In this document: piece by piece, positions 38,690-49,762 of the stretch
Layout of the letters: every line of letters starts with the position of its first letter
Numbering within the stretch: position 1 is the first letter of the stretch
Assembly: GCA_950097015.1 (NCBI GenBank)
Contig: CATNEN010000024.1
Coordinates: forward strand, 3,658,001-3,722,000
Length of the DNA: 64,000 nucleotides
Direction of reading: 5' to 3'
Source: Macrostomum hystrix
Lineage: Eukaryota > Animalia > Platyhelminthes
Notes under the pieces: generated by a model
What the model was told of the DNA's origin: nothing
The model's database searches: none
What the model saw: the letters and a program-made list of their open reading frames with translations, nothing else
Translations under genes and position numbers: made by a program

Positions 38690-39110
38690 GACAACGGAAA
38701 AGAGGGAAAAGAGGGTAGAGAGGGAAAAGAGGGAAAACAGGGAAAATAGCTAGGGAAAAAAGAGAAGAGGGACAAAAGAGGAAAGAGAGGGAAAAGAGGG
38801 TAAAGAGGGAAAAGAGGGTAGAGAGGGAAAAGAGGGAAAACAGGGGAAAGTGGGAAAAAAGGGAAAACAGGGGAAAGGGGGAGAGAGGGAAAACAGGGTA
38901 GAGAGGGAAAAGAGGGAAAACAGGGGAAAGTGGGAAAAAAGGGAAAACAGGGGAAAGGGGGGAGAGAGGGAAAACAGGGTAGAGAGGGAAAAGAGGGAAA
39001 ACAGGGGAAAGTGGGAAAAAAGGGAAAACAGGGGAAAGGGGGAGAGAGGGAAAACAGGGTAGAGATGGAAGAGAGAGAAAAGAGGGAAAAGAGGAAAGAG
39101 GAAAATATGT
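38690..39110. repeat. Purine-rich low-complexity repeat with ~62-bp block duplications
   Basis: GAGGGAAAA and GGGGAAAG motifs. Confidence 0.85.
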
Positions 39111-39499
39111 AATGGTGGGGTGAAGTGTGTAAGTTGGGAAGATGTAAAATAGGAGGAAACGTAGTTTGCGATGGGATGAGCAAAGTACTAGTCATGGGGT
39201 TTTAGAGGGTGGCAATAAAAATTATGAAGGTAAATAGAATTGAAAAAAAAGAAAAAATATTTCATCGCTCGTAACTTAGAAAACAGAATATATTAAGTAA
39301 GTCGCTAGATTGTTGTTATTTTAGTCTATCGTAAATTTAATTTAAAAATCTGCTTAACAACAATTTGCGAATTTTAGTGAACACGGCGAATCAGATGAAA
39401 CGAGTTTTGAGTAGATGAGAGTTATGAGAATAGCAAATTTGGCATTTCAATTGCAGTCAGTCTGAGGCTGCGAATCGAGAAGCATCAATTTTGTTTGGG

Positions 39500-39906
39500 T
39501 CATTGCTGCCCATTGGGTCTTCTGTCTGCCATCCCTTCGGCCAAGTTTCTGCAAGGATTCGAATCCACGACGGTATTGAGAAAGACAAAGTTTTTTGTGG
39601 GGATATTTCAGGAAGCGAAAATGTCGTAAAAGTGCTTTTCCTCCAAAAATTTTTTTTTCATTTCAAGTCGGTTGTCCGTAAATATTTTTTGTCGTCCTAC
39701 AGAAATAAAACTGCCAATTTAACGACTAATTCAACTCACCCCAGCACAAAGTACATGGTAATTATTCCTAGAATGTAGAATGGCAGATTCAACCAATAAT
39801 TGCTGATCGCCTCCAACAAGATCCGGTTGTCAATGAAGAAGTGCTGATACAGTGGGTCTTCGTTTTGTATCATCTTCTTTCGCTTCCGGGGCTGGACTTC
39901 GAAAAT
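39500..39906 (-). CDS. Putative small single-pass membrane protein, or the 3' exons of a larger gene
   Basis: Exon 39740-39906 (IFEVQPRKRKKMIQNEDPLYQHFFIDNRILLEAISNYWLNLPFYILGIITMYFVL, donor GG|GTGAGT) joins in phase 2 to exon 39500-39548 (acceptor TTGCAG|, GNLAEGMADRRPNGQQ*). Confidence 0.55.
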
Positions 39907-40359
39907 CTTTCGATTAGATAAGATTTGATAAGATAAGATAAGATTAGATAAGATACAGTCAGATTTTGAAAGATTTTATTTCGACTTTATTGCTAGACTA
40001 AATATCTGCAGTGGTTTCCGTTTTAAAAAAGCTGAAAGGTTATAAGTTTTGTGTATTGCTTCTGCAGCAGTTATATAGAAGTGTCCTCGAAAGGGACTAG
40101 TTTTGCCATAGACTACACATTCCCGAAAAATCCGAATCCAAAAAATATTGAACCATGACTACGTGGCTATCGGGCGGGCTGATATTCAATTATTGCCATA
40201 GACGATGTTATTTTGGCCCGAAAAGTTGGGCCGATAATGGATTATTTTTGTGTATTTCAACGTATTTCAACAAAATAAACAAAACATCAAACAAAGCAGT
40301 TAGAGTCCAGAGCCAAAGTCTAATTTCGCAAAGCGACCTTTTTGCACTCACCTATAAGC

Positions 40360-40743
40360 TTAACATTTAGCCCCGTTCTTCTCCAAGACGATCGTCGGGC
40401 CGGATTTATCAGGCTGGCCAATAGTTGTGACGGCAGTTGGAACGCTGGATGACTTTTCGCAGAGTGCTTGTGCTTGTGCTTGTGCTTTCGAGATCGTCTT
40501 CATCATGCTGGCCAATGTGTTCTTGCCCAATACATCCTTTGGGCAATGCCATGCTCCATTCTGCCACTTGACGGCAGGCCTGGGAAACAGAGAGCCGTTC
40601 TCAGATGGAAGCTTCGAAAGATACAGTTTGATCCCTTCAACTGGGCACACAGATTTGTCTTGCACAGTAAAAATCCCAATCCCAATTATCATTAAATCAT
40701 TTTGTCTATGGTTGATATGGCTTGTCTTGTTACTCAGCCACAT
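40360..40743 (-). pseudogene. Crypton-type tyrosine recombinase (DUF3504-like) remnant
   Basis: CPVEGIKLYLSKLP...LFPRP....AWH....LGKNTLASMMKTISK matches the DUF3504/Crypton pattern from memory. The downstream HxxR and catalytic Tyr region is missing. Confidence 0.6.
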
Positions 40744-41229
40744 CTAGTCTATGGTACAATCACATTTTCGTTTATATATTATGAATCCCAATGGCAACAA
40801 ATCAGGAATAAAATTAGCCAATATAGCTTGCCTACTGATTTGTTAATGAAAACATTATTTATAATTCTCGCAATAATTCATTAGTAAGTGATTAAAATTG
40901 AGTTAGTCACGAGATGGCTAATTGACTGGCTATAGTGCCTCACGATAAATGTACGAAGAAAACTATGAAGATAAATTATTAATGAATGAAGCTTTCTAAA
41001 AGTCGTTATAACCTTTTTCAAGAAATTTTAAAAGAACAGCGTTGGATCTTCTTCCCATAAGTATTTATCAACATTTTAATGAAAAAAAATGGGAAAATTT
41101 CTAATCTCTCTTGTGAATTTTCCGTGATAATCAGTCATTAATAAATTTTCCAAGCAGAACCTCATAAACTTAATCCCAAAAACTATCAACTCTAAACCAT
41201 AATTCCTAAGGCATCAACCTAAATACCTA

Positions 41230-41530
41230 AACTTGAATCCCCTAAACTCTAAACCCCTGAACTCTAAACCCCTGAACTCTGAACCCCTGAACTCTAAACC
41301 CCTGAACTCTGAACCCCTGAACTCTAAACCCCTAAACTCTAAACCCCTGAGCTCTAAACCCCTGAGCTCTAAACCCCTGAGCTCTAAACCCCTGAACTCT
41401 AAACCCCTAAACTCTAAACCCCTGAACTCTAAACCCATAAACTCTAAACCCCGAACTCGAAACCCCGAACTCGAAACCCCTGAACTCGAAACCGCTGAAC
41501 TCTGAACCCCTGAACTCGAAACCCCTTAAC
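41230..41530. repeat. 15-bp minisatellite
   Basis: Tandem CTAAACCCCTGAACT units. Confidence 0.9.
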
Positions 41531-42104
41531 TATAAAACCCTTGAAGCCCTGTCGACCATGAACCCAAAAACTCAGATCCCAGTGTCCCAGTAGCCCTCTG
41601 AAACTCGCAGCCATGGAGTCCAAAGAGGGATTTCGTCCCTCCTCCGGAGGATTTTCTAAACCGACCAATCATAATTTCTTCCCAAGAATAGACAACAGGT
41701 GGAGCCAAAAATGTTTAGCCATTCATTTTCTGACTGCTTTGATTGATAAGCAAACAGTCGCAGCCACCTGTCCCCGAGCGCTTAGGTCTGCAGTTGTCGT
41801 TTGAAAAAATATTTTGGCAATCATTTCAAAGATTTTCTCTGTTTATTGGCTATATTTAAAATAGCGACCAAAACGACTTTGATTAGGGCAATTTCGTCTA
41901 ATTTTCTATAATTTTCTGCCGCAGTGAGGATAGTGACGCACTGAAATAGTTGTTTGTCCTGAAAAAATATTCTACTCGTACATCGTTCGCTTAATAGTCT
42001 ACTGACAGTAGGCGTGCTAGTTTAAATTGTTTTGAATTTGTAACACTGAGTCAGGAGACCTCAGTTCATCGATTTAGTCAAGCTGTTCGTATCATGATTG
42101 GGAC

Positions 42105-43075
42105 AAGAGTTAGGACTAGGATCAGGATTAGAATTAGGACTAGGATCAGGACTAGGATTAGGACTAGAATTAGGACTGGGATTAGGACTAGAATTAGGAC
42201 TAAGATTAGGACTGGGATTAGGACTAGAATTAGGACTGGGATTAGGACTTGAATTAGGACTGGAATTAGGACTAGAATTAGGATTATAATTAGGACTAGA
42301 ATTAGGACTAGAATTAGGACTGGGATTAGGACTGGAATTAGGACTAGAATTAGGACTAGAATTAGGACTAGGATTAGGACTAGAATTAGGACTAGAATTA
42401 GGACTAGAATTAGGACTAGAATTAGGACTAAGATTAGGACTAGAATTAGGACTAGAATTAGGACTAGAGTTAGGACTGGGATTAGGACTAGAATTAGGAC
42501 TGGAATTAGGACTAGAATTAGGACTGGGATTAGGACTAGAATTAGGACTGGAATTAGGACTAGAATTAGGACTAAGATTAGGACTAGAATTAGGACTAGA
42601 ATTAGGACTAGAATTAGGACTGGGATTAGGACTAGAATTAGGACTGGAATTAGGACTAGAATTAGGACTGGAATTAGGACTAGTATTAGGACTAGAATTA
42701 GGACTAGAATTAGGATTAGAATTAGGACTGGGATTAGGACTAGAATTAGGACTAAGATTAGGACTAGAATTAGGACTAGAATTAGGACTAGAATTAGGAC
42801 TGGGATTAGGACTAGAATTAGGACTGGGATTAGGACTTTAATTAGGACTGGAATTAGGACTAGAATTAGGATTAGAATGAGGACTAGAATTAGGACTAGA
42901 ATTAGGACTGCGATTAGGACTGGGATTAGGACTAGAATTAGGACTAGAATTAGGACTAGAATTAGGACTAGAATTAGGACTAGAGTTAGGACTAGAATTA
43001 GCACTGGGATTAGGACTGGGATTAGGACTAGAACTAGGACTAGAATTAGGACTAGGGTTAGGTTTAGGGTTAGGG
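42105..43075. repeat. Telomere-like hexamer/12-bp array
   Basis: Tandem ATTAGGACTAGA / ATTAGGACTGGG units ending in CTAGGG TTAGGT TTAGGG TTAGGG (perfect TTAGGG at 43064-43075). Confidence 0.9.
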
Positions 43076-43479
43076 TGCTCTTGGATTGGGGCTCGGGTTG
43101 GGACAAAGATAGTGACTAGCATAGTGACTAGGATTGTGACTAGCATAGTGACTAAGATTGTGACTAAGATTGTCACTAGGATTGTGACTATAGCATTGTC
43201 ACTAGGACTTGGATTAGAACTAGCGTAATACACAATATGTCAATGATCAAGACATAGAAAAGTAAGTTGTACACTTTGTCGATAGTCTCATGATCACGTT
43301 TATTTCTTGTAATAGCCAAATATGCATCAACCTTATAATGCTTTAATTAATATGTATTCAAAGATGTTTTGAAAAATGAACAGATTATAAAATTACTGTC
43401 CCAAAATTTTGCTTCATCTCTTCATCGAAATAATCAAAGCTTCAAGGTCATGTTCACCTTCCAGTGCCTGGTTGGACTC

Positions 43480-44228
43480 TCAGATGTACTGCAGCGGATC
43501 GTAGCGTCGGTGACGATCTTGATGCTTCCAGCTTGACCTTCGTCGACGAATGGCTAGCAATGGATCATAGCGCTTGACAACTCTGGCCCGCCGCGGCTCT
43601 GCGCAATCTTCGGGATCGGTACAGTCGTCTGGGGCGCTGAACTCCTCGTAGTCCGAATCGACGTCATCCAAATCGTCCACGTTGTTGTCAGCTTCGTCGA
43701 TCGTTGGTCGGAGACTGCGACACTGTGTCTGCGAAGTTTAATTTTGGTGGGTTGTACTGGGCTGATTGTCAAGATGGTATGTTGTACTGGGCTGATTGTC
43801 AAGATGGTATGTTGTACTGGGCTGATTGTCAAGATGGTATGTTGTACTGGGTTGATTGTCAAGATGGTATGTTGTACTGGGCTGATTGTCAAGATGGTAT
43901 GTTGTACAGGGTTGATTGTCAAGATGGTATGTTGTACAGGGTTGATTGTCAAGATGGTATGTTGTACTGGGTTGATTGTCAAGATGGTATGTTGTACTGG
44001 GTTGATTGTCAAGATGGTATGTTGTACTGGGTTGATTGTCAAGATGGTATGTTGTACTGGGTTGATTGCACTGAAGGTGGGTTGTACAGGGTTGATTGTA
44101 CTGAAGGTGGGTTGTACAGGGTTGATTGTACTGAAGGTGGTTTCTGAAGACTTTTCTAAGAAAGCAAAAGCACTCACCACTCCCACTGCAATGGCCAGCA
44201 GAAATATTGCTTCTAGGTGAAGTGCCAT
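43480..44228 (-). CDS. Two-exon neuropeptide/prohormone-like precursor, 99 aa
   Basis: Exon 1 44178-44228 (MALHLEAIFLLAIAVGV|GTGAGT). Exon 2 43480-43728 (TTCGCAG|TQCRSLRPTIDEADNNVDDLDD...VVKR-YDPLLAI-RRRR-SSWKHQDRH-RR-YDPLQYI*). Phase 0. AATAAA (minus strand) at 43299-43304. Confidence 0.75.
43745..44130. repeat. 30-bp minisatellite in the prohormone intron
   Basis: Tandem GTTGTACTGGGTTGATTGTCAAGATGGTAT units. Confidence 0.93.
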
Positions 44229-44492
44229 GACGGAACTGACCCGTATTGTGTAAGGACACAAGATTTGGCAGATATAGAAGCCTCAATGCCAAGTTAAAAA
44301 CTTTTCGACTAGAGACACAAATTTCAAACACTTTGGTGGCAGTAGTGGAAATTATTTCGAAAAGGAAATCAGAAATTTAGGCTCCTCAGTTGATAGAAAC
44401 TAGGTGCCCAAACCAATAGCAGCGCTAGCGCAACCCACCTCTAAACTATCATTGGGCAGAACTTTGTTCCACCCTATAAAGAAAGAATAATT

Positions 44493-46390
44493 CTCTAGAC
44501 AGTCAATGAGATCTTGAGATTGATCTAGACAGTCAATGAGATCTTGAGATTGATCTAGACAGTCAATGAGATCTTGAGATTGATCTACACAGTCAATGAG
44601 ATCTTGAGATCGATGTAGACAGTCAATGAGATCTTGAGATTGATCTAGACAGTCAATGAGATCTTGAGATTGATCTAGACAGTCAATGAGATCTTGAGAT
44701 AGATCTAGACAGTCAGTGAGATCTTGAGATTGATCTAGAAAGTCAATGAGATCTTGAGATTGATCTAGACAGTCAATGAGATCTTGAGATTGATCTAGAA
44801 AGTCAATGAGATCTTGAGATTGATATACACAGTGAATGAGATCTTGAGATTGATCTAGACAGTCAATGAGATCTTGAGATAGATCTAGACAGTCAATGAG
44901 ATCTTGAGATTGATCTAGACAGTCAATGAGATCTTGAGATTGATCTACACAGTGAATGAGATCTTGAGATTGATCTAGACAGTCAATGAGATCTTGAGAT
45001 TGATCTAGAAAGTCAATGAGATCTTGAGATTGATCTACACAGTCAATGAGATCTTGAGATTGATCTAGACAGTGAATGAGATCTTGAGATTGATCTAGAC
45101 AGTCAATGAGATCTTGAGATTGATCTAGACAGTCAATGAGATCTTGAGATTGATCTAGACAGTCAATGAGATCTAGAAAGTCCTTCTCTTTAAAACTTTT
45201 TTATGCTCACCTTACTAGCTTGAACAGGTAGACACACAAGCTTCAATTAAGATCTAGAGAATTTATTCACCTTTCTAATGAATAAAAGCATTTTGAAAAT
45301 ATGTTACATGATACAGAAGTTTTCTGTCTTATTCTTCAAGCGGTGCGTTAAAATTTCGTATCTGCCCATACTGGTCCGGAAAATGGAGACTTGGCGGGAA
45401 GTTGTCTCCAGTTTCTAGATGCAGAGCTCCACGCCTGAGCACTCAGGACAGCTTGACTACTCTTAGGGGTAGTGTAATATTGCCTGTTCAAAGTTGAGCA
45501 TCACTTAACTTGTCACTGAGTGCTCAGAGCTCCAATTGGAGGACATCCATTTGCTCTGTTGCTGTCTTACAGGCTTAGTTGAAGCAACAATGTTCTTTTC
45601 TAGGTTCGAAGTCTGAAAGTGATAGGATATTTTTAAAACAAAAACATTTTTCGGAGTCAACCTATTTTACTAATTGTGCTGTTTTATAGCAAAATTGGAT
45701 ATTTCTTGAAATTTCTTAATAAATTCTAGATCTCATTGACTGTCTAGATCTATCTCAAGATCTCATTCACTGTGTAGATCAATCTCAAGTTCTTATTGTC
45801 TGTCTAGATCTATCTCAAGATCCCGTTGACTGTCTAGATCAATCTCAAGTTCTTATTGTCTGTCTAGATCTATCTCAAGATCCCGTTGACTGTCTAGATC
45901 AATCTCAAGATCCCAGTGACTGTCTAGATCAATCTCAAGATCTCATTCACTGTGTAGATCAATCTCAAGATCTCTTTGACTGTCTAGATCAATCTCAGGA
46001 TCTAATTGACATTCTAGATCAATCTCAAGATCTCACTGACTGTCTAGATCAATCTCAGGATCTCACTGACTGTCTAGATCAATCTCAGGATCTCACTGAC
46101 TGTCTAGATCAATCTCAAGATCTCACTGACTGTCTAGATCAATCTCAGGATCTCACTGACTGTCTAGATCAATCTCAAGATCTCACTGACTGTCTAGATC
46201 AATCTCAGGATCTCACTGACTGTCTAGATCAATCTCAGGATCTCACTGACTGTCTAGATTAATCTCAAGATCTCACTGACTGTCTAGATCAATCTCAGGA
46301 TCTCACTGACTGTCTAGATCAATCTCAAGAACTAATGGACTTTCTAGATCAATCTTAAGTTCTCATTGACTATGTTGATCAATCTCAAGG
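44493..46390. repeat. Two inverted 30-bp tandem arrays around a ~545-bp spacer (foldback-like)
   Basis: 44493-45177 carries GAGATCTTGAGATTGATCTAGACAGTCAAT. 45725-46390 carries its reverse complement. About 22 units per arm. Confidence 0.9.
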
Positions 46391-46959
46391 TTTCAATTAT
46401 GTTGTATATTAATCTCAATGTCTCTTTGTTCTTCAGGTCATCTAAAGGTTTGGGTTCAGCTACAATTGATACAACTTTATTTACTGAGGTGTTCTCAGTG
46501 AATGTGAGTTGGTGCTGGCCCTAGCCAGGTGCATTGTCTCCCAGAGAAAAAGTGCCGCTTTTTCTTGAAGAATTTCTTATTGAAAACGTTAAAATAAATA
46601 TTTTAAAGTTTTATTGATTTCTAAAGCCAGTCCAAAGCTTTAAGTTGTCTTCTGCGAGTTAAAAGACAGAATTTGATAGCCGTGTCATATTCTCTCTTAA
46701 GACAGCTACTTTTAGATGGTCGAATAAAGTTTGTACACTTTTTTAATTTGAATCCCGATGGAGATCCTAGAAAATGCCAGAGCTCATTTTTTTTCCACCG
46801 AGCTTTTCTTAGCGCAATTTTTTTTGCAGGCGGCTTAAAAATTGCCGAGTTGAGGAGGAAATAAAAAAGGAATAAAACTAACATTAACGGGGCTCATGAA
46901 AACGCTCCTATAAACTGTGCGCTAATTGCTGTGAACCCCATTTTTAAGCTATCTATAAC

Positions 46960-48010
46960 TTCTCTATCTGTCTTTGCCTATCTGCTTCTCGTCATCCCTT
47001 TCTCTCAGTCTACTTCTCTACCTCTCCTTCTCTCAGTCTACTTCTCTACCTCTCCTCCTCTCAGTCTACTTCTCTACCTCTCCTCCTCTCAGTCTACTTC
47101 TCTACCTCTCCTCCTCTCAGTCTACTTCTCTACCTCTCCTTCTCTCAGTCTACTTCTCTACCTCTCCTCCTCTCAGTCTACTTCTCTACCTCTCCTCCTC
47201 TCAGTCTACTTCTCTACCTCTCCTTCTCTACGTCTACTTCTCTACCTCTCCTTCTCTACGTCTACTTCTCTACCTCTCTTTCTCTACGTCTACTTCTCTA
47301 GCTTCCATTCTCTCAGTCTACTTCTCTACCTCTCCTTCTCTACGTCTAATTCTCTACCTCTCCTTCTCTACGTCTACTTCTCTAGCTCCCATTCTCTCAC
47401 TCTACTTCTCTACCTCTTTTCTCTCACTCTACTTCTTTACCTCCCATTCTCTCAGTCTACTTATCTACCTCCCATTCTCTCAGTCTACTTCTCTACCTCC
47501 CTTTCCCTCAGTCTACTTCTCTACCTCCTTTTCTCTCAGTCTACTTCTCTACCTCCTTTTCTCTCAGTCTACTTCTCTACCTCTCCTTCTCTACGTCTAC
47601 TTCTCTACCTCTCCTTCTCTACGTCTACTTCTCTACCTCTCTTTCTCTACGTCTACTTCTCTAGCTTCCATTCTCTCAGTCTACTTCTCTACCTCTCCTT
47701 CTCTACGTCTAATTCTCTACCTCTCCTTCTCTACGTCTACTTCTCTACCTCTCTTTCTCTACGTCTACTTCTCTACCTCTCTTTCTCTACGTCTACTTCT
47801 CTAGCTCCCATTCTCTCACTCTACTTCTCTACCTCTTTTCTCTCACTCTACTTCTTTACCTCCCATTCTCTCAGTCTACTTATCTACCTCCCATTCTCTC
47901 AGTCTACTTCTCTACCTCCCTTTCCCTCAGTCTACTTCTCTACCTCCTTTTCTCTCAGTCTACTTCTCTACCTCCTTTTCTCTCAGTCTACTTATCTACC
48001 TCTCTCCTCT
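46960..48010. repeat. Pyrimidine-rich minisatellite with block duplication
   Basis: Recurring CTCAGTCTACTTCTCTACCTCTC. Explains ORFs 46931-48163 and 46974-47804. Confidence 0.9.
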
Positions 48011-48424
48011 TCTCGCATGGTATCACGAAGTGAGTGCGTGACAGGCACTCAAAAGCCAACTAGCTTGCAGCCGAGCTCGCAATCCCCGCTCATCCTCTCC
48101 CACATCCTTCCCATTCCTTTCGCCCGTATTTTTTTTCTCCGTCCCGGAAGAAGGAGAGTTTAGCGACGATGACGCCTGGAGTTTGACATCACGGAGATGC
48201 GGGCAGGCCGGCAGCAGTTCTAGTCAGCAATTGTCTGATACTGGGATCATATTTCCACACGCTCTCTTCCCTCAAACCAGGTGTTGCTTGTTCGCGAGAA
48301 CACAACATTTTCCAGATAATTATGCGAAAACTTTCTGTGAGAGTTCTTTTTCTCGAAGCCAAACAATTGCTCGATATCACGAATTCTATTTCCAATACTT
48401 GTTTGACAACCGAGGCATATTCTC

Positions 48425-49070
48425 TTAGACAGGTGTGTTTCCTTTTATACAGGTGTCATGTCTGTTAGACAGGTGTGATGCCTGTTAGACAGGTGTGTTG
48501 CCTGTTAGACAGGTGTGTTTCCTTTTATACAGGTGTGTTGCCTGTTAGACAGGTGTGATGCCTGTTAGACAGGTGTGTTGCCTGTTAGACAGGTGTGTTG
48601 CCTGTTAGACAGGTGTGTTTCCTTTTATACAGGTGTGTTGCCTGTTAGACAGGTGTGTTGCCTGTTAGACAGGTGTGATGCCTGTTAGACAGGTGTGTTG
48701 CCTGTTAGACAGGTGTGATGCCTGTTAGACAGGTGTGTTGCCTGTTAGACAGGTGTGATGCCTGTTAGACAGGTGTGTTGCCTGTTAGACAGGTGTGATG
48801 CCTGTTAGACAGGTGTGTTGCCTGTTAGACAGGTGTGTTGCCTGTTAGACAGGTGTGTTTCCTTTTATACAAGTGTGTTGCCTGTTAGACAGGTGTGTTT
48901 CCTTTTATACAGGTGTGTTGCCTGTTAGACAGGTGTGTTTCCTGTTAGACAGGTGTGTTGCCTGTTAGACAGGTGTGTTGCCTGTTAGACAGGTGTGTTG
49001 CCTGTCAGACAGGTGTGTTGCCTGTTAGACAGGTGTGCATTCTGTTAGGCTGGTGTGATCCTGTTAGACA
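48425..49070. repeat. 20-bp minisatellite
   Basis: Tandem CCTGTTAGACAGGTGTGTTG units. Confidence 0.93.
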
Positions 49071-49762
49071 CGTGTGTGTATTACATAATAAACGTTTTGT
49101 CTATAATTAATGAAGTTAGTGTTCACCTTTAATAGTTACTTGGACAATTTATTTTATAAGAATTGAGACAGCTGAAGACATAGGCAAAACATAGGAGGGC
49201 CCATATCGACATATTTATCGCTGTTTTTAAACAAAATTAACATATTTTTTCACACTTGAAGTCAAATGAACTGCAAAGCAGTGAGTTATATTGAATAGGC
49301 AAAGGTCAATAGAAAATTAAAGCATTAATATTGAATACAACGTAGGCCAATATATTAATTTCTCCAAAACTGACTGGTTATCATTATTAAAGTAATTCGT
49401 GTAAGTAATTTCCTCGATTGATAAACACCATGTAGTAAATGTCTAATATGCTACTATTAGTACAATTTTGAACTTGTATTCTGAATTGGCCTTAATGTAC
49501 GGGTATTTTTACTCGTAGTTGAAAAGTGTTATTAAAACGAAGCAAAAAAACAAATAAGGACAAATAGAAAGAGTAAGAGGAACTTTGCCTCCCATTAAAT
49601 ATCAAGACAGTCAAACTCAAATCTTTAATTAATTATAGGCTCAGTGGAATTTGATTTTTTGCAGAGATTAACTTAATCTACAGCGGTTGTTGAAGGCCAG
49701 GTAAGCATTGCAACCTCGGCATGGAGTGCCAGATATGAGTGAAGAAGTTCTGTCTGTAATTC

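Noticed and set aside
42078-43106. 342-aa LVLI-repeat hydrophobic ORF
   Set aside because: Translation of the 12-bp array, with no coding signature.
46931-48163. 410-aa Ser/Leu-rich ORF
   Set aside because: Low-complexity pyrimidine repeat.
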